A stretch of 64,000 nt of DNA from Nitrospirota bacterium (GCA_963699545.1 CAVOUE010000011.1:1-64000); one strand, 5' to 3'. Counted from the first letter of the stretch, positions 11,487 through 24,504 are shown. Notes: a model not told the origin generated them from the letters alone. Numbers and translations are program-made.

Positions 11487-11777
11487 TTATGCACCCTCAA
11501 TGAATTCAAGTTTCTCACCCTTCTTAAGGGTGATTATTGCCTTTTTCCTGTCAGGCCTTCTGCCGATAGACTTGCCGTGTTTCTTCCATTTTCCATTGGT
11601 CGTAATGGTCGCAACGGTTTCGACCTTAACGTTAAAGATCTCCTCAATCGCTTTCTTTATTTCAATCTTGTTGGCGTCCTTTGCGACCTCGACAAGAAGC
11701 TTGTTCTCAGCTTCCTTGAGCCGTGCGCCTTTCTCCGTGAACAGCGGTTTCTTAATGACGGTATGGACGTTCCTCAT
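11487..11777 (-). CDS. rplW: 50S ribosomal protein L23
   Basis: PLFTEK, ANKIEIKKAIEEIFNVKV, KKAIITL. Confidence 0.98.
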   Translation of the reverse strand: MRNVHTVIKKPLFTEKGARLKEAENKLLVEVAKDANKIEIKKAIEEIFNVKVETVATITTNGKWKKHGKSIGRRPDRKKAIITLKKGEKLEFIEGA

Positions 11778-12403
11778 AGTTTGCATACCTCCGGGACTTT
11801 GTCAAGGGCTCCCTTTGTGATAAGGATCGTTTCGTGCGTGAGCATTTCGTAGGGATTCAGATCCGCTACCCTCGAAACCTTCACCCCGGGGATATTCCTT
11901 GCCGAAAGGAGGATATTGTCATCCTTTTCAGGAAGCACGATGAGGACACTCTTTCCCTCAAGGCCCAGATTCCTGAGGATTGTAACCATCTCCTTTGTCC
12001 GCGGCTTTTCCACAGCAATGGACTCCACGATGGTCATGGCACCGTCCGAAACCTTTGCAGAGAATGCCTCTCCCACTGCCCTCCTTTTCAGGTTCTTCGG
12101 AAGCCGGTAGGAATAATCTCTGGGCTGCGGACCAAAAATGGTCCCTCCGCCTCTCCAGAGGGGTGAGCGGATGCTCCCTGCCCTGGCCCTTCCTGTATGC
12201 TTCTGCTTCCACGGCTTTTTCCCGCCACCGCTTACCAAGCCCTTTGTCTTGGTGGAGTGGGTGCCCTGTCTCTGGTTCGCCAGGTAGTTTACCACCGATG
12301 CATGGAGAATGTCCTTCCTCACCGGGAGTCCGAATATTCCCTCGGGGAGATTCACCGAACCCGTCACCTTATTGTGTATATCCCTGACTTCTCTCTCTGG
12401 CAT
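11774..12403 (-). CDS. rplD: 50S ribosomal protein L4
   Basis: RQGTHSTKT, KPWKQKHTGRARAGSIRSPLWRGGG. Confidence 0.99.
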   Translation of the reverse strand: MPEREVRDIHNKVTGSVNLPEGIFGLPVRKDILHASVVNYLANQRQGTHSTKTKGLVSGGGKKPWKQKHTGRARAGSIRSPLWRGGGTIFGPQPRDYSYRLPKNLKRRAVGEAFSAKVSDGAMTIVESIAVEKPRTKEMVTILRNLGLEGKSVLIVLPEKDDNILLSARNIPGVKVSRVADLNPYEMLTHETILITKGALDKVPEVCKL

Positions 12404-12404
12404 A

Positions 12405-13020
12405 TCAGTTTTCCTTCTTGATCTCGATATAGGTACCTGCTGCTCCCGGAACCGCGCCTTTCACGAGCAATAAATTCTGATCCGGCCGGACATCCACTAC
12501 GGTCAGGTTACTCACCGTCACCTCTTCTGATCCCATATGCCCGGGAAGTTTCTTGTTCTTCCATACTCTTGAGGGATAAGAACTTGCACCGATGGAACCC
12601 GGCGCACGATTGAACATGGAACCGTGTGAGCCCGGACCACCCTTGAAGTTGTGCCTTTTCATGACTCCCTGAAACCCCTTGCCTTTGGAGACTCCCGAGA
12701 CCTTTACGGTATCGCCCTTGGCAAATGCGCCGACGGTAACGAAATCTCCCGACTTTCAGGTCGCCCATCTTGAATTCTTTTGTCAAACGGTAAGGTTTTG
12801 CCCCTGCCTTCTTGAATACCCCCGACATCGGCTTGTTCACCTTCTTCTCTTTCCTGATCTCAGAGAAGCCGACCTTCACCGCCTCGTAACCGTCCTTCTC
12901 ACGGGTCTTTACCTGGATGACGCTGCAGGGCCCCGCCTCGATGACCGTGACCGGCACCGCGACGCCACCCTCAATGAATATCTGGGTCATACCCAGTTTC
13001 TTGCCCAGTATGCCTATCAC
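12405..13020 (-). CDS. rplC: 50S ribosomal protein L3 (frameshift ~12745)
   Basis: GTG start, [23 protein letters not shown]-part [23 protein letters not shown]. Confidence 0.96.
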
Positions 13021-13325
13021 AGCTTTAATCTCCACATCAACGCCGGCAGCGAGCTCCAGTTTCATCAGCGCATCCACCGTTTGCGGGGTGGGATCGTAAA
13101 TATCGATCAGCCTTTTATGCGTTCGAATCTCAAACTGTTCCCTGGATTTCTTATCCACATGGGGAGACCTCAAGCACCGTATACTTGCTCATCCTTGTAG
13201 GGCAGGGGAACCGGTCCCGCTATCCTCGCCCCTGTCCTCTGAGCCGTATCCACGATCTCCTTCACCGACTGGTCAAGTATCCTGTGGTCATACGCCCTTA
13301 ACTTTATTCTTATCTTCTGATTCAT
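13017..13325 (-). CDS. rpsJ: 30S ribosomal protein S10 (frameshifts ~13195 and ~13022)
   Basis: [53 protein letters not shown]. Confidence 0.96.
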
Positions 13326-13351
13326 TTTCATTTCCAGTTCTTCATTGATTT

Positions 13352-14557
<1,206 letters not shown>

Positions 14558-14567
14558 CTCTCCTCCT

Positions 14568-16647
14568 TTATTCTCCTTTAACCTTAGCTACGATCGCATC
14601 GGCAATGCCCTTAGGCACATCTTCATAGTGAGCGAACTGCATGGTATAGGTTGCCCGTCCCTGGGTCTTTGACCTAAGGTCAGTTGCATAGCCAAACATC
14701 TCTGAAAGAGGGACCTCAGCCCTGATCACCTGGGCATTACCCCTTTTTTCCATGGACTGGATCTTTCCTCTCCGTGAGTTCAGGTCTCCCATTACTTCAC
14801 CCATGTATTCCTCTGGAGTGACAACCTCCACGCTCATGATGGGCTCAAGGAGAACGGGCTTCGCCTTTCTTTGCGGCATCTTTAAACGCCATGGAGCCCG
14901 CTATCTTGAACGCCATTTCGGACGAATCAACCTCGTGATAGGAACCGTCATAGAGCGTTGCCTTCACATCCACCACCGGATATCCCGCAAGGATGCCGGT
15001 ATCCAGCGCCTCTTTTATGCCCTTTTCCACCGCAGGTATGTACTCCCGCGGAATAGTACCACCGACTATCTTATTAACGAATTCGAAGCCCTTACCTGCC
15101 TCGACCGGTTCGATCTCTATATAAACATGCCCGTACTGACCGCGGCCGCCGCTCTGCCTCACAAATTTCCCCTCGGCCTTGGACGGAACCTTTATCGTCT
15201 CCTTGTAAGCCACCTGGGGTTTCCCCACGTTGGCGCCCACCTTGAATTCTCTCAGCAGCCTGTCAACGATGATCTCGAGATGGAGTTCCCCCATGCCGGA
15301 TATGATGGTCTGACCGGTCTCCTCGTTAAAAGTCACCCTGAAGGAGGGGTCTTCCTGTGCAAGCTTGGCAAGGGACTGTGACAGTCTCTCCTGGTCAGCC
15401 TTTGTCTTGGGTTCTATGGCAACAGAGATGACAGGGTCAGGGAATTCGATGGACTCAAGGACTATCGGGGTCTTTTCATCGCACAGGGTATCACCGGTAA
15501 GCGTGCTCTTCAGTCCCACCGCCGCCGCAATATCCCCTGCTACGACTTCCTTCACGTCCTCGCGCTTGTTCGCATGCATGCGCAGGAGCCTTCCGATCCT
15601 CTCCCTGGAATCCTTTGTCGAATTGTAAATATACGAGCCGGCGCCCAGGACACCAGAATATACCCTCATAAAGGTGAGCTGTCCCACAAAGGGATCGGTC
15701 ATAACCTTGAATGCAAGGGCAGCAAATGGTTCACTATCCGCAGCCTTTCTCGCAACCTCTGCGCCGTCAGCAGGGTTCACTCCCGTCACCGGCGGGATAT
15801 CAAGAGGCGAGGGAAGATAGTCCACGATGGTATCAAGGAGGAGCTGAACTCCCTTGTTCTTGAACGCAGAACCACAGATGACCGGGGTAAGCTTCAAATC
15901 GATGGTACCTTTCCTGATGGCACTCTTGATCACGTCCTCACTTATCTCCTCGCCGCCGAGGAACTTCTCCATTATTCCTTCATCCACATCAGCCAGCGCT
16001 TCCAGCATTTTTTCCCTGTATTCCCGCGCCTGAGGCATCAGACCGTCAGGGATACTGTCTTCCACGTATTTTGCCCCGAGGGTCTCATCATCAAAATAGA
16101 TCCCCTTCATGCGCACGAGATCAATGGAACCCCTGAACTTGTCCTCCGAGCCTATGGGAATCTGTATGGGAACAGGGTTGGCTCCAAGCCTGTCCACCAT
16201 GGACTTCACGCTCATAAAGAAATCCGCGCCTACCCTGTCCATCTTATTCATGAACGCGATCCGGGGCACACCGTATTTATTGGCCTGTCGCCATACCGTT
16301 TCTGACTGGGGTTCAACACCAGCCACGGAATCAAAGGCAGCAACGGCCCCGTCCAGGACCCTTAATGACCGTTCGACTTCAATGGTGAAATCCACATGCC
16401 CCGGCGTATCGATGATGTTGATCCGGTGATCCTTCCAGAAACATGTGGTGGCAGCAGAGGTGATGGTGATACCCCTTTCCTGCTCCTGAACCATCCAGTC
16501 CATGACAGCGGTGCCCTCATGGACCTCGCCTATCTTATAGGTAACCCCGGTGTAATAGAGGATACGCTCGGTCGTGGTGGTCTTTCCCGCATCGATGTGG
16601 GCCATGATACCAATATTGCGAGTGTTTTCTAAAGGGAATCTGGACAA
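14568..16647 (-). CDS. fusA: Elongation factor G (frameshift ~14865)
   Basis: [42 protein letters not shown]-part [17 protein letters not shown]. Confidence 0.98.
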
Positions 16648-16668
16648 ATGCGGGCTCCTCTATCCTTC

Positions 16669-17151
<483 letters not shown>

Positions 17152-17523
17152 TTACTTCGGCCTCTTGGCGCCATACTTCGACCTGCCGCGTCTCCTGTCG
17201 GCAACACCGACAGAATCAAGGGTACCCCTGATGATGTGGTACCTGACGCCGGGAAGGTCCTTCACCCTTCCGCCTCTGATCATTACAATGGAGTGTTCCT
17301 GGAGGTTATGTCCGACGCCCGGGATATAGGAGGTCACTTCCATGCCATTGGTCAGTCTCACCCTGGCAACCTTCCTCAACGCCGAGTTCGGCTTCTTTGG
17401 GGTCGTTGTATACACTCTGACACAGACACCCCTTTTCTGGGGACAGTTTCTCAGCGCAGGACTCTTCGTCTTCGTCTCAAGCTTCTTGCGTCCTTGCCTT
17501 ACCAATTGTGCAATCGTCGGCAC
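17152..17523 (-). CDS. rpsL: 30S ribosomal protein S12
   Basis: [24 protein letters not shown]. Confidence 0.99.
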   Translation of the reverse strand: MPTIAQLVRQGRKKLETKTKSPALRNCPQKRGVCVRVYTTTPKKPNSALRKVARVRLTNGMEVTSYIPGVGHNLQEHSIVMIRGGRVKDLPGVRYHIIRGTLDSVGVADRRRGRSKYGAKRPK

Positions 17524-17594
17524 TTTTCCTCCAATTTTTTCTTGCTTTCACTTTCGAAACTAAGGTTTCGCGGTTTCTACGGGAAAACTTTGAA

Positions 17595-17623
17595 AGCTTA
17601 CCAGAACCATTTTGTTTTGTCAA
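17595..17623 (-). promoter_or_regulatory. Putative sigma70 promoter of the str/S10 superoperon
   Basis: Minus strand TTGACA-17 nt-TAAGCT, about 70 nt upstream of rpsL. Confidence 0.65.
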
Positions 17624-17929
17624 GTAATTTAATAAATACCGGCAATTCCCCTCCCGCGAACACTCAATTTACTCCACCAGTGGGGATTTATAGGATACCA
17701 TCGTCAGAGGGAGAAAAGCAACGGGGTAACGTCAGCACTTTCTTATACCGAACTATCCCGGTCTTCCCTTACTGAACAATCCGATGCGTTGGGATGTTAC
17801 CTCTGATGTGAAGGGCTTTGTTCGTCATCACTTTGGCAATTTCGGACGGCGGATCAACGACTCGGCGGTTGTTGATCCGGAAGATATCTTCTGGTCTACC
17901 GAAGCGAACTCCTTATTTGGTAACAGGCT

Positions 17930-18874
17930 CTACGGGCCGGTGCTGCTGATTGATGCCGCAGTGAACATGCCCGTACTGAGATAGCGGTCGCCGCGGTCAG
18001 GGAATATCACCACAACTTTCTTGCCTTTCCCGAGTCTCTTGGCAACTTTCATCGCAGCCCACATGGCCGCGCCCGAAGAGACGCCTGCGAGGATACCTTC
18101 CCTGAGGGCAAGCTGCCTCATCGTGTCGATCGCGTCATCATCGGTAACGGGGATCACTTCATCATAGATCCTCGTGTTCAGCACTCCCGGATAAAAACCG
18201 GCGCCTATGCCGGCGATCTTGTGGGATCCCGGTTCTCCGCCGGAGAGGATAGCAGAACCCTGGGGTTCCACCGCACCGATCCATACAGAGGTGCGCCTTT
18301 CTCTCAGGGTTTCTCCGACACCCGTTATTGTCCCCCCTGTACCCACACCGGCCACAAAGGCATCGGGCACATCCCCCAAAGAACTGATAATCTCCAGTGC
18401 GGTAGTATGTCGGTGAGCTGCGGGATTTGCAGGGTTCTCGAACTGCAGGGGCATGAAATAGTCTGGATTCCTCTTGTAAATCTCCTCCGCCCTCTCCACT
18501 GCACCCAGCATCCCTCTCTCACCCGCGGTGAGGACAAGTTCAGCCCCATACGCCTGAAGGATGTTCCTTCTCTCCAGGGACATCCCCTCGGACATGGTGA
18601 GTATCAACCGGTACCCCTTCACCGCCGAAACCATGGCAAGGCCTATTCCTGTATTGCCGCTGGTAGGCTCAACAATGGTGCCCCCGGGTCGAAGCTTTCC
18701 CTCTTTCTCGGCCGTTGTGATCATGGAAAGGGCTATTCTGTCCTTCACAGAACCACCGGGATTGTGTCCTTCAAGCTTTGTCCACACCTCAGCGTCATCC
18801 GCAGAGCAGAGCTTATTGATCCTTACCAGAGGTGTGTTGCCGATAAGGCTCAAAACATCCTTATGAATGTTCAA
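17930..18874 (-). CDS. cysK: Cysteine synthase A (O-acetylserine sulfhydrylase)
   Basis: IGNTPLV, NPGGSVKDRIA (PLP lysine), EPTSGNTGIGLA, GVGTGGTITG, PDRGDRYLST. Confidence 0.95.
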   Translation of the reverse strand: MNIHKDVLSLIGNTPLVRINKLCSADDAEVWTKLEGHNPGGSVKDRIALSMITTAEKEGKLRPGGTIVEPTSGNTGIGLAMVSAVKGYRLILTMSEGMSLERRNILQAYGAELVLTAGERGMLGAVERAEEIYKRNPDYFMPLQFENPANPAAHRHTTALEIISSLGDVPDAFVAGVGTGGTITGVGETLRERRTSVWIGAVEPQGSAILSGGEPGSHKIAGIGAGFYPGVLNTRIYDEVIPVTDDDAIDTMRQLALREGILAGVSSGAAMWAAMKVAKRLGKGKKVVVIFPDRGDRYLSTGMFTAASISSTGP

Positions 18875-19119
18875 GAAACCTCCATTGAACCTCTCTCATC
18901 TCCAGATGAAATTATATCACAGAGTCATGGGAAGGAATGATGAGAGGGGGAATCATGTGGGTTGACAGACGGGGAGCAGAGAAAACAGAAACCGGTGCTC
19001 GCACGTTTCCGGGGCAGGACATTCCAGAAGAGGTCTCCGGGGTCCGGCGCCTCAACGCTCGCCACCACTGCAAGAAGAGCCATATCTGTTTCAGCCAGCC
19101 TCCGGGAAAAGACGCACTA

Positions 19120-19148
19120 TTGAAAACGGCTCAGGATAATCATACAAT
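19120..19148 (+). promoter_or_regulatory. Putative sigma70 promoter giving a leaderless transcript of the thioredoxin reductase fusion
   Basis: TTGAAA-17 nt-TACAAT, then 6 nt to ATG 19155; no Shine-Dalgarno. Confidence 0.6.
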
Positions 19149-19154
19149 ATCCTC

Positions 19155-20761
19155 ATGGAGAAAGAACTCTTCACGGAGGATATAAAAGCGGTTCTCAAAG
19201 ATACCTTCAGGGAGTTGAAGGATGAGGTTTCCCTTGAGGTCTTTACCCAGAAAGGAATGAATGACGACTTCAATGGGATCGCTGCAGACCTCGTAAGGGC
19301 GATATCAGAACTGACCGACAAGATCAAACCTCACTTTTACAGCATCGGTGATGAAACGTCGAGAAGCCGGGGGTCTCCAGGTCACCCACCATCCTTATCG
19401 CGCCGGACAAATACTCTGTCCGTTACACAGGCGCACCGGTGGGAGAGGAAGGCCGCTCCTTCATCATGGCCCTGCTCATGGTATCCACAGGGAAGACCTT
19501 TGTCTCTGATGATTCGCGGCAAAGGCTGAAGAGGCTGAAAGAGAAGCGGCATGTGAGGGTCTTTGTGAGTCCCACATGTCCTTACTGCCCCCAGCAGGTG
19601 CTGTATGCCATCTCAGCTGCCGTTGAAAGAAAGGATCTGGTATCGGCAGAGGTCGTGGAGATTTATGAGAACAGAGACCTTGCCGAAAGACTTGGGGCTA
19701 TGTCTGTGCCCAAGACCTTTGTGGGCGAAACCCTTACCGCTTCCGGTCTTCAGCCTGAGGAGCATTTCATGGAGTCCCTCATCGAAGGCAGTCCGGTGGA
19801 GTATGTGAAGCCGGCAGGAAGGGAGGCACTGAAGGATTATGATGTGGTGATCATAGGCGGCGGCCCCGCGGGATTGACCGCTGCCCTCTATGCGGAACGG
19901 AGCGGTCTGAAGAGCATCATTTTCGAGAAGGCAAGCGTGGGAGGACAGATCGCCATCACCCCCATCGTTGAGAACTACCCGGGATTTACCAGCATTGCGG
20001 GAAGAACCCTTGTGGACCTCATAGCGAGGCAGGCCATGGAATATACGCTCATTCTTCAGGGAGTAAATGTGACCGACATAAAGAAGAAGAACGGAGGCTT
20101 TGCGGTAACCACCGGACAGGGGGTTTACACCGCTAAGGTCATAATCATTGCCTCAGGGGCAGACAGCAAGAGCCTGAACTCTGCGGGCGAGAAGAGGCTT
20201 TCGGGAAGGGGTGTCAGTTCCTGCGCCACCTGTGACGGCTACTTGTTCAAAGATGGCAAAGATGTGATCGTCGTGGGAGGAGGAAACAGCGCGCTGACTG
20301 ATGCCCTCTATCTCGACAGCCTCGGAGCCCACGTGACCCTCGTGCACAGGAGAGATGCCTTCAGGGCCGAAGAGCGGCTCCAGCAGAGCGTGTTCCAGAG
20401 GAATATCCCGGTCCTCTGGAACAGCCGCATCACGGAAATCCTCGGGACCAGGGTGGTGGAAAAGGTCAGGATAGAGGACCTCAAGACCGGGAAGTCCAGA
20501 GATATCAAGGCCGATGCAGTTTTTATCGCCATAGGATACGAACCGAACAACGAAATAGCAAAAAAACTCGGGCTGGAGATGGACAGTGAAGGGTATATAA
20601 AGGTGGATGACAAGATGAGGACTTCGATGCCCCTGGTATATGCGGCGGGCGACATAACGGGAGGGCTCAAGCAGATCGTCGTAGCCGTATCCCAGGGGTC
20701 AGTGGCTTCACTCTCTGCCTTTGAAGACATTGCAAATCCCTATTGGAAAGGACACCGTTAG
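19155..20761 (+). CDS. AhpF-like thioredoxin reductase with N-terminal protein-disulfide-oxidoreductase domains (frameshift ~19370)
   Basis: Thioredoxin-fold N-terminus with TCPYCP; reductase motifs IIGGGPAG, CATCDG, VGGGNSA, YAAGDI. Confidence 0.88.
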
Positions 20762-20812
20762 CACCGGGTTCAGGCGGGAAGACCCTTCGAAACGAACGGG
20801 GAATTTTGTCGC

Positions 20813-22168
20813 TTAACCGTGCGTTCTGGGAAGGATAACGATGAAGTCGCTTCCTGACCCGATGGTGCTCTTCACAAGGATCTGTCCACTGTGGGCACTC
20901 ACTATCCATTGTGTAATCGCAAGCCCAAGGCCCGTTCCGCCCATCTTCCTCGATCGCTCCTTGTCCACTCGGTAAAATCTTTCGAAAATATAAGGGATCT
21001 CATCCTCAGGGATGCCGATTCCTGAATCGCTGATCGTCACCCTTACGGAATCCCCTTCCTTCTCGGTCGCAATCGTCACCGTTCCGCCAAGGGGGGTATA
21101 CTTGATCGCATTGTTGATGAGGTTCCTGAATGCCTGCTCCAGGGTACTGCTGTCGCCGTACACTTCCAGGTCCTCTCCGTATTCTTCGACGACAGAACGA
21201 CCGTCATACTTCAGACGTTCGATGATAGCTTTCAACAGGTGATTGATATCAAACCAGTGTTTTCTGAGATCGAGGATATTGTTGTCAGCCTTCGCAAGGA
21301 AGAGAAGGTCATCGGTGATCCTGGAAAGCCTGATGATGTCAGACAAATTATTCTTCAGGAGTCCTTCATACTCCTCAGTCGTCCGCTTCTTCCTCAGGGC
21401 GACCTCTATGCTGCCCCTCAAGGAAGTGAGGGGCGATCGTATCTCGTGGGAAACATCGGAGGTGAACCGTTTCTGAGCCTCCATGGAATGTTGGATACCA
21501 TCCAGCATCTCATTGAATATCTTCACGAGGTCATCGACCTCTCTCCCTTTCACTTCGACAGCGATCCTCTGTTCCAACCGCCCGCGGCGGATCTGTTCTG
21601 CAAGCGATTTGATCTGCACCATAGGGGAAAGCGCGCGACCGGCAAGAAACCAGCTCATCACCGAGGTTACCGCCAGGATCAAGGGGAAGAAGATAATCGA
21701 AAGTCTCGACAGGGCCGTCACTTCTTCCTCCACGTCCTTGAGCGAATCCCCGATACTGAGAACATGGTCCTTATCGAGCGCTCTATATAATACCCGGTAA
21801 TTCTCACTTCTATACCTGACAGTATCAAACTGCGGGCCGCCGTTAAATGTCCTTGCCAGCAGGTCCCTGTTCAGCGGCCACAGGACACCATCGTTCAGGG
21901 AGCTGATGCGCACTTCCCCCCCGCGGCTCACAATCTGATAGTATTCATCCCCGACCCTTCGTATGATCTCCCCATTATGCCTGATGCTCACGGGGTCAAT
22001 GTCATGGGAGAATTCCGTGGTCGCCTCCCTGAGGAGTTCCTTGTCCATTGACTCATACCGCTTATTCTTGAATTGCCCATAGATGATGAGATCGGAGGCC
22101 AGGAAAACGAGCACAACAACAACGGTATAAATAAGGGTGAGCCGAAATCTGAAGGTCTTAATTGCCAT
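20813..22168 (-). CDS. Sensor histidine kinase, CusS/CzcS-like (2 TM, HAMP, HisKA, HATPase)
   Basis: SHEIRSPLT H-box, NLINNAIKY, DSGIGI, FERFYRVD, GTGLGLAI. Confidence 0.95.
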   Translation of the reverse strand: MAIKTFRFRLTLIYTVVVVLVFLASDLIIYGQFKNKRYESMDKELLREATTEFSHDIDPVSIRHNGEIIRRVGDEYYQIVSRGGEVRISSLNDGVLWPLNRDLLARTFNGGPQFDTVRYRSENYRVLYRALDKDHVLSIGDSLKDVEEEVTALSRLSIIFFPLILAVTSVMSWFLAGRALSPMVQIKSLAEQIRRGRLEQRIAVEVKGREVDDLVKIFNEMLDGIQHSMEAQKRFTSDVSHEIRSPLTSLRGSIEVALRKKRTTEEYEGLLKNNLSDIIRLSRITDDLLFLAKADNNILDLRKHWFDINHLLKAIIERLKYDGRSVVEEYGEDLEVYGDSSTLEQAFRNLINNAIKYTPLGGTVTIATEKEGDSVRVTISDSGIGIPEDEIPYIFERFYRVDKERSRKMGGTGLGLAITQWIVSAHSGQILVKSTIGSGSDFIVILPRTHG

Positions 22169-22835
22169 CGTCCGATTTTAACAGGTAGCCCGCTCCTCTT
22201 ACGGTGTGTATCAGCTTTTTCTGAAAAGGGGAGTCGACCTTCTCCCTCAGGAACTTGATGTGGACATCAACGACATTACTGTTCGGATCGAACGCATATC
22301 CCCAGACGTTTTCGATAATCTGGGTTCTCGACAAGACTCTGCCCTTGTTTCTCAGCAGGTATTCAAGGAGAGAGAATTCCTTCGGCGTGAGGATGACCTC
22401 CCTTTCCTCCCGAAACACTCTCCTGGAGAGGAGGTCCACACGCAGCACATCCAGGGAAAGCTCGCTGACGGAATCAGATGTCCTCCGCAGGAGGGCCCTT
22501 ATCCTCGCCAGCAGCTCTGAAAAGGCAAAGGGTTTTGTGAGATAGTCATCAGCGCCACTTTCGAGACATTCCACCTTGCTGTTAACGGAATCGATGGCGG
22601 TAAGCATCAGGATGGGAGGCTTCAGTCCTTTCTCGCGCAGCCTCTTGCAGAGTTCCACCCCCTTCATTCCCGGAAGCATAATATCCAGTATCATCAGATC
22701 ATATTCATTTGAAGTCGCCATCAGGAACCCTTCCGCACCGTCCTCCGCAACATCCACCGCATAAAATTCCTCCTCCAGTCCCTTCCTGATAAAGTCCGCA
22801 ACGTTTTTCTCATCTTCAACCAAGAGTATTCTCAT
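22158..22835 (-). CDS. OmpR-family response regulator, CusR/CzcR-like
   Basis: MRILLVED, LDIMLP, GADDYLTKPF, NVVDVHI..LR.KVD, IHTVRGAGY. Confidence 0.95.
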   Translation of the reverse strand: MRILLVEDEKNVADFIRKGLEEEFYAVDVAEDGAEGFLMATSNEYDLMILDIMLPGMKGVELCKRLREKGLKPPILMLTAIDSVNSKVECLESGADDYLTKPFAFSELLARIRALLRRTSDSVSELSLDVLRVDLLSRRVFREEREVILTPKEFSLLEYLLRNKGRVLSRTQIIENVWGYAFDPNSNVVDVHIKFLREKVDSPFQKKLIHTVRGAGYLLKSDDGN

Positions 22836-22873
22836 ATCGTTCCGGCCCACGGCGAAGGAATGAATATCCGTGC

Positions 22874-23419
22874 CTATTCGCAGGATTCCTCCGTGCACTT
22901 GATCGACTCAAATGCAAGGAGTATCCTCTTTTCCTTCTCCATCCTTTCTGCAGGATACGGGCTGAAATCCGTCGAACGCATCATTTCGACAGCCTGCCGT
23001 CTGTCAGGCAGAGACTCCAACCCTTCTGCGATGACCTTTCCTTTCACGGTATCCAGTATCCGCGCATGGACGCCATCCGTGACTACGGCAATGGGGATCT
23101 GGTATGCATCCACAACCCGCGCAAAAGAGACAAGATGCCTCTCCCTGGATTCCACCGCCCCGGGAGAACATTTTATGACCATGAATCTCCTGCCTCCGAC
23201 CTTGAGAATGTAATCAACCGATACCGGTGTCTGCCTGTTGTCCACGATGATCCCGAATTCCGCATCAACCTCAATGTCCTCGTCACCGTACCCCTTCTCC
23301 TGAATCACATAGTCCTTCACCATCCGTCTGATAAGGCCAAGACTTGTACGAGCTTCAGCCTCAGCGTTCCTGATCTTCTCTTCGACGAGTTTCTTGCGGT
23401 CGACGTTTTCCTGCACCAT
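22874..23419 (-). CDS. HsdR N-terminal-like (restriction-endonuclease fold) small protein
   Basis: LI.EKGY..EDI.V pattern, VDYIL..FMVIKC, AVVTDG; no helicase domain. Confidence 0.6.
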   Translation of the reverse strand: MVQENVDRKKLVEEKIRNAEAEARTSLGLIRRMVKDYVIQEKGYGDEDIEVDAEFGIIVDNRQTPVSVDYILKVGGRRFMVIKCSPGAVESRERHLVSFARVVDAYQIPIAVVTDGVHARILDTVKGKVIAEGLESLPDRRQAVEMMRSTDFSPYPAERMEKEKRILLAFESIKCTEESCE

Positions 23420-23425
23420 AGGACT

Positions 23426-23833
23426 CTAATGAAAGGATTTTTCCTTAACCAGGGTGACATGGAGCGGAACCGAGTTTACCAGTATACCATCCAGATAATT
23501 CTCGATCCAGTACACCCCCGGCTCCCTGAATTCCACATTGAGATGGATGGAGATATCCCTGTGCTTGTACCGTGCGTCACCGAGTTTCAGTCTTGTCATC
23601 GTCTCTCTTAGAATGTTCTTTCTATCAGGGGAAAGGATCCTGAGCGTCGTGTCGAACTCCCCTCTTCCGTCAGACCATTCGTTCACTGTCGCGAGCCTCG
23701 GGTGTACCGCAGGGAACTGAGTGGCATAGACATTCTCGAAGATGCCCATCAGACTTATTTTCCCCCCGGTTTCCTGCCTCACGTCATCGCAGAGAAGGGT
23801 GAAGTTCAGACTGGGTCGTCTCTTTTCAGCCAT
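23426..23833 (-). CDS. Conserved hypothetical protein, DUF6941-like
   Basis: LLCDDVRQETGGKISLMGIF..F.EPG.Y pattern; family assignment from recall only. Confidence 0.6.
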   Translation of the reverse strand: MAEKRRPSLNFTLLCDDVRQETGGKISLMGIFENVYATQFPAVHPRLATVNEWSDGRGEFDTTLRILSPDRKNILRETMTRLKLGDARYKHRDISIHLNVEFREPGVYWIENYLDGILVNSVPLHVTLVKEKSFH

Positions 23834-23977
23834 TGGGTATTATACCCGATTCCCGGGAATCTTCTGCAACAGCAGGATGCGGAAATATTACCGATTTGGA
23901 ACTAACCTCAACCAGTTATGACTGAAAATAACGAACAGGCCTCCACAACCGACTTGACTTTCTCGGCGCATTTTACT

Positions 23978-24000
23978 TAAATAGAAATGAGTTCTATTTA
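23978..24000. promoter_or_regulatory. Putative Zur box overlapping the zur-znu promoter
   Basis: Palindrome TAAATAGAA-ATGAG-TTCTATTTA downstream of TTGACT (23954-23959). Confidence 0.7.
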
Positions 24001-24024
24001 AAGTCTGAGATTGTGGGAAGAGAG

Positions 24025-24504
24025 ATGATAACCTCCGGGATACAAGACGCTGTCACAGATACTGATTTTTCGAACATCTTGAGAAGTCTCAATCTCAAAA
24101 TTACGCCGAAAAGACTTGCTATTCTCGATATCCTGATGAATGAAGCAGCGTACTTGAGTCCGGAAGAAATATGGACAAAAATGAAGAAACAATTCAGAAG
24201 GATAGGCCTTCCAACAATATACCGTAATTTGGGAGAACTCTCGGAAAGGAATATCATCTCAAAGGTCACTCATCCTAACCGGCAACTGTATTATTATTTC
24301 TGTGCGAACAGGTCCCACCACCACCACTTCGTTTGTCTGTCATGCCGCAGCGTTGAGGACATCAACTTCTGCGCACTCGATGAACTGCGGAAAGAAGTGA
24401 AAAGGAAACACAACGGAAAGGTAATTTCGCATATTTTCCAGGCAAACGGTTACTGCAGGAATTGCGTTACCCTGAACAAGAAAGAAGGTGAAAGTGAAAC
24501 GTAA
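24025..24504 (+). CDS. zur: Fur-family regulator, probably Zur
   Basis: KITPKRLAIL, IGLPTIYRNL, HHHHFVCLSC, GYCRNC; first gene of a Zn ABC operon; start may be 24013. Confidence 0.85.
   Translation: MITSGIQDAVTDTDFSNILRSLNLKITPKRLAILDILMNEAAYLSPEEIWTKMKKQFRRIGLPTIYRNLGELSERNIISKVTHPNRQLYYYFCANRSHHHHFVCLSCRSVEDINFCALDELRKEVKRKHNGKVISHIFQANGYCRNCVTLNKKEGESET

Noticed and set aside
12508-13173. Apparent S10-L3 fusion ORF
   Set aside because: One extra base near 13022 removes the rpsJ stop that overlaps the rplC GTG; this matches the window-wide indel errors.
17640-17929. Possible ncRNA or small ORF between the rpsL promoter and cysK
   Set aside because: Only one hairpin (GGATCAAC..GTTGATCC); no recognisable RNA family, and the 66-aa ORF has no SD or motif.
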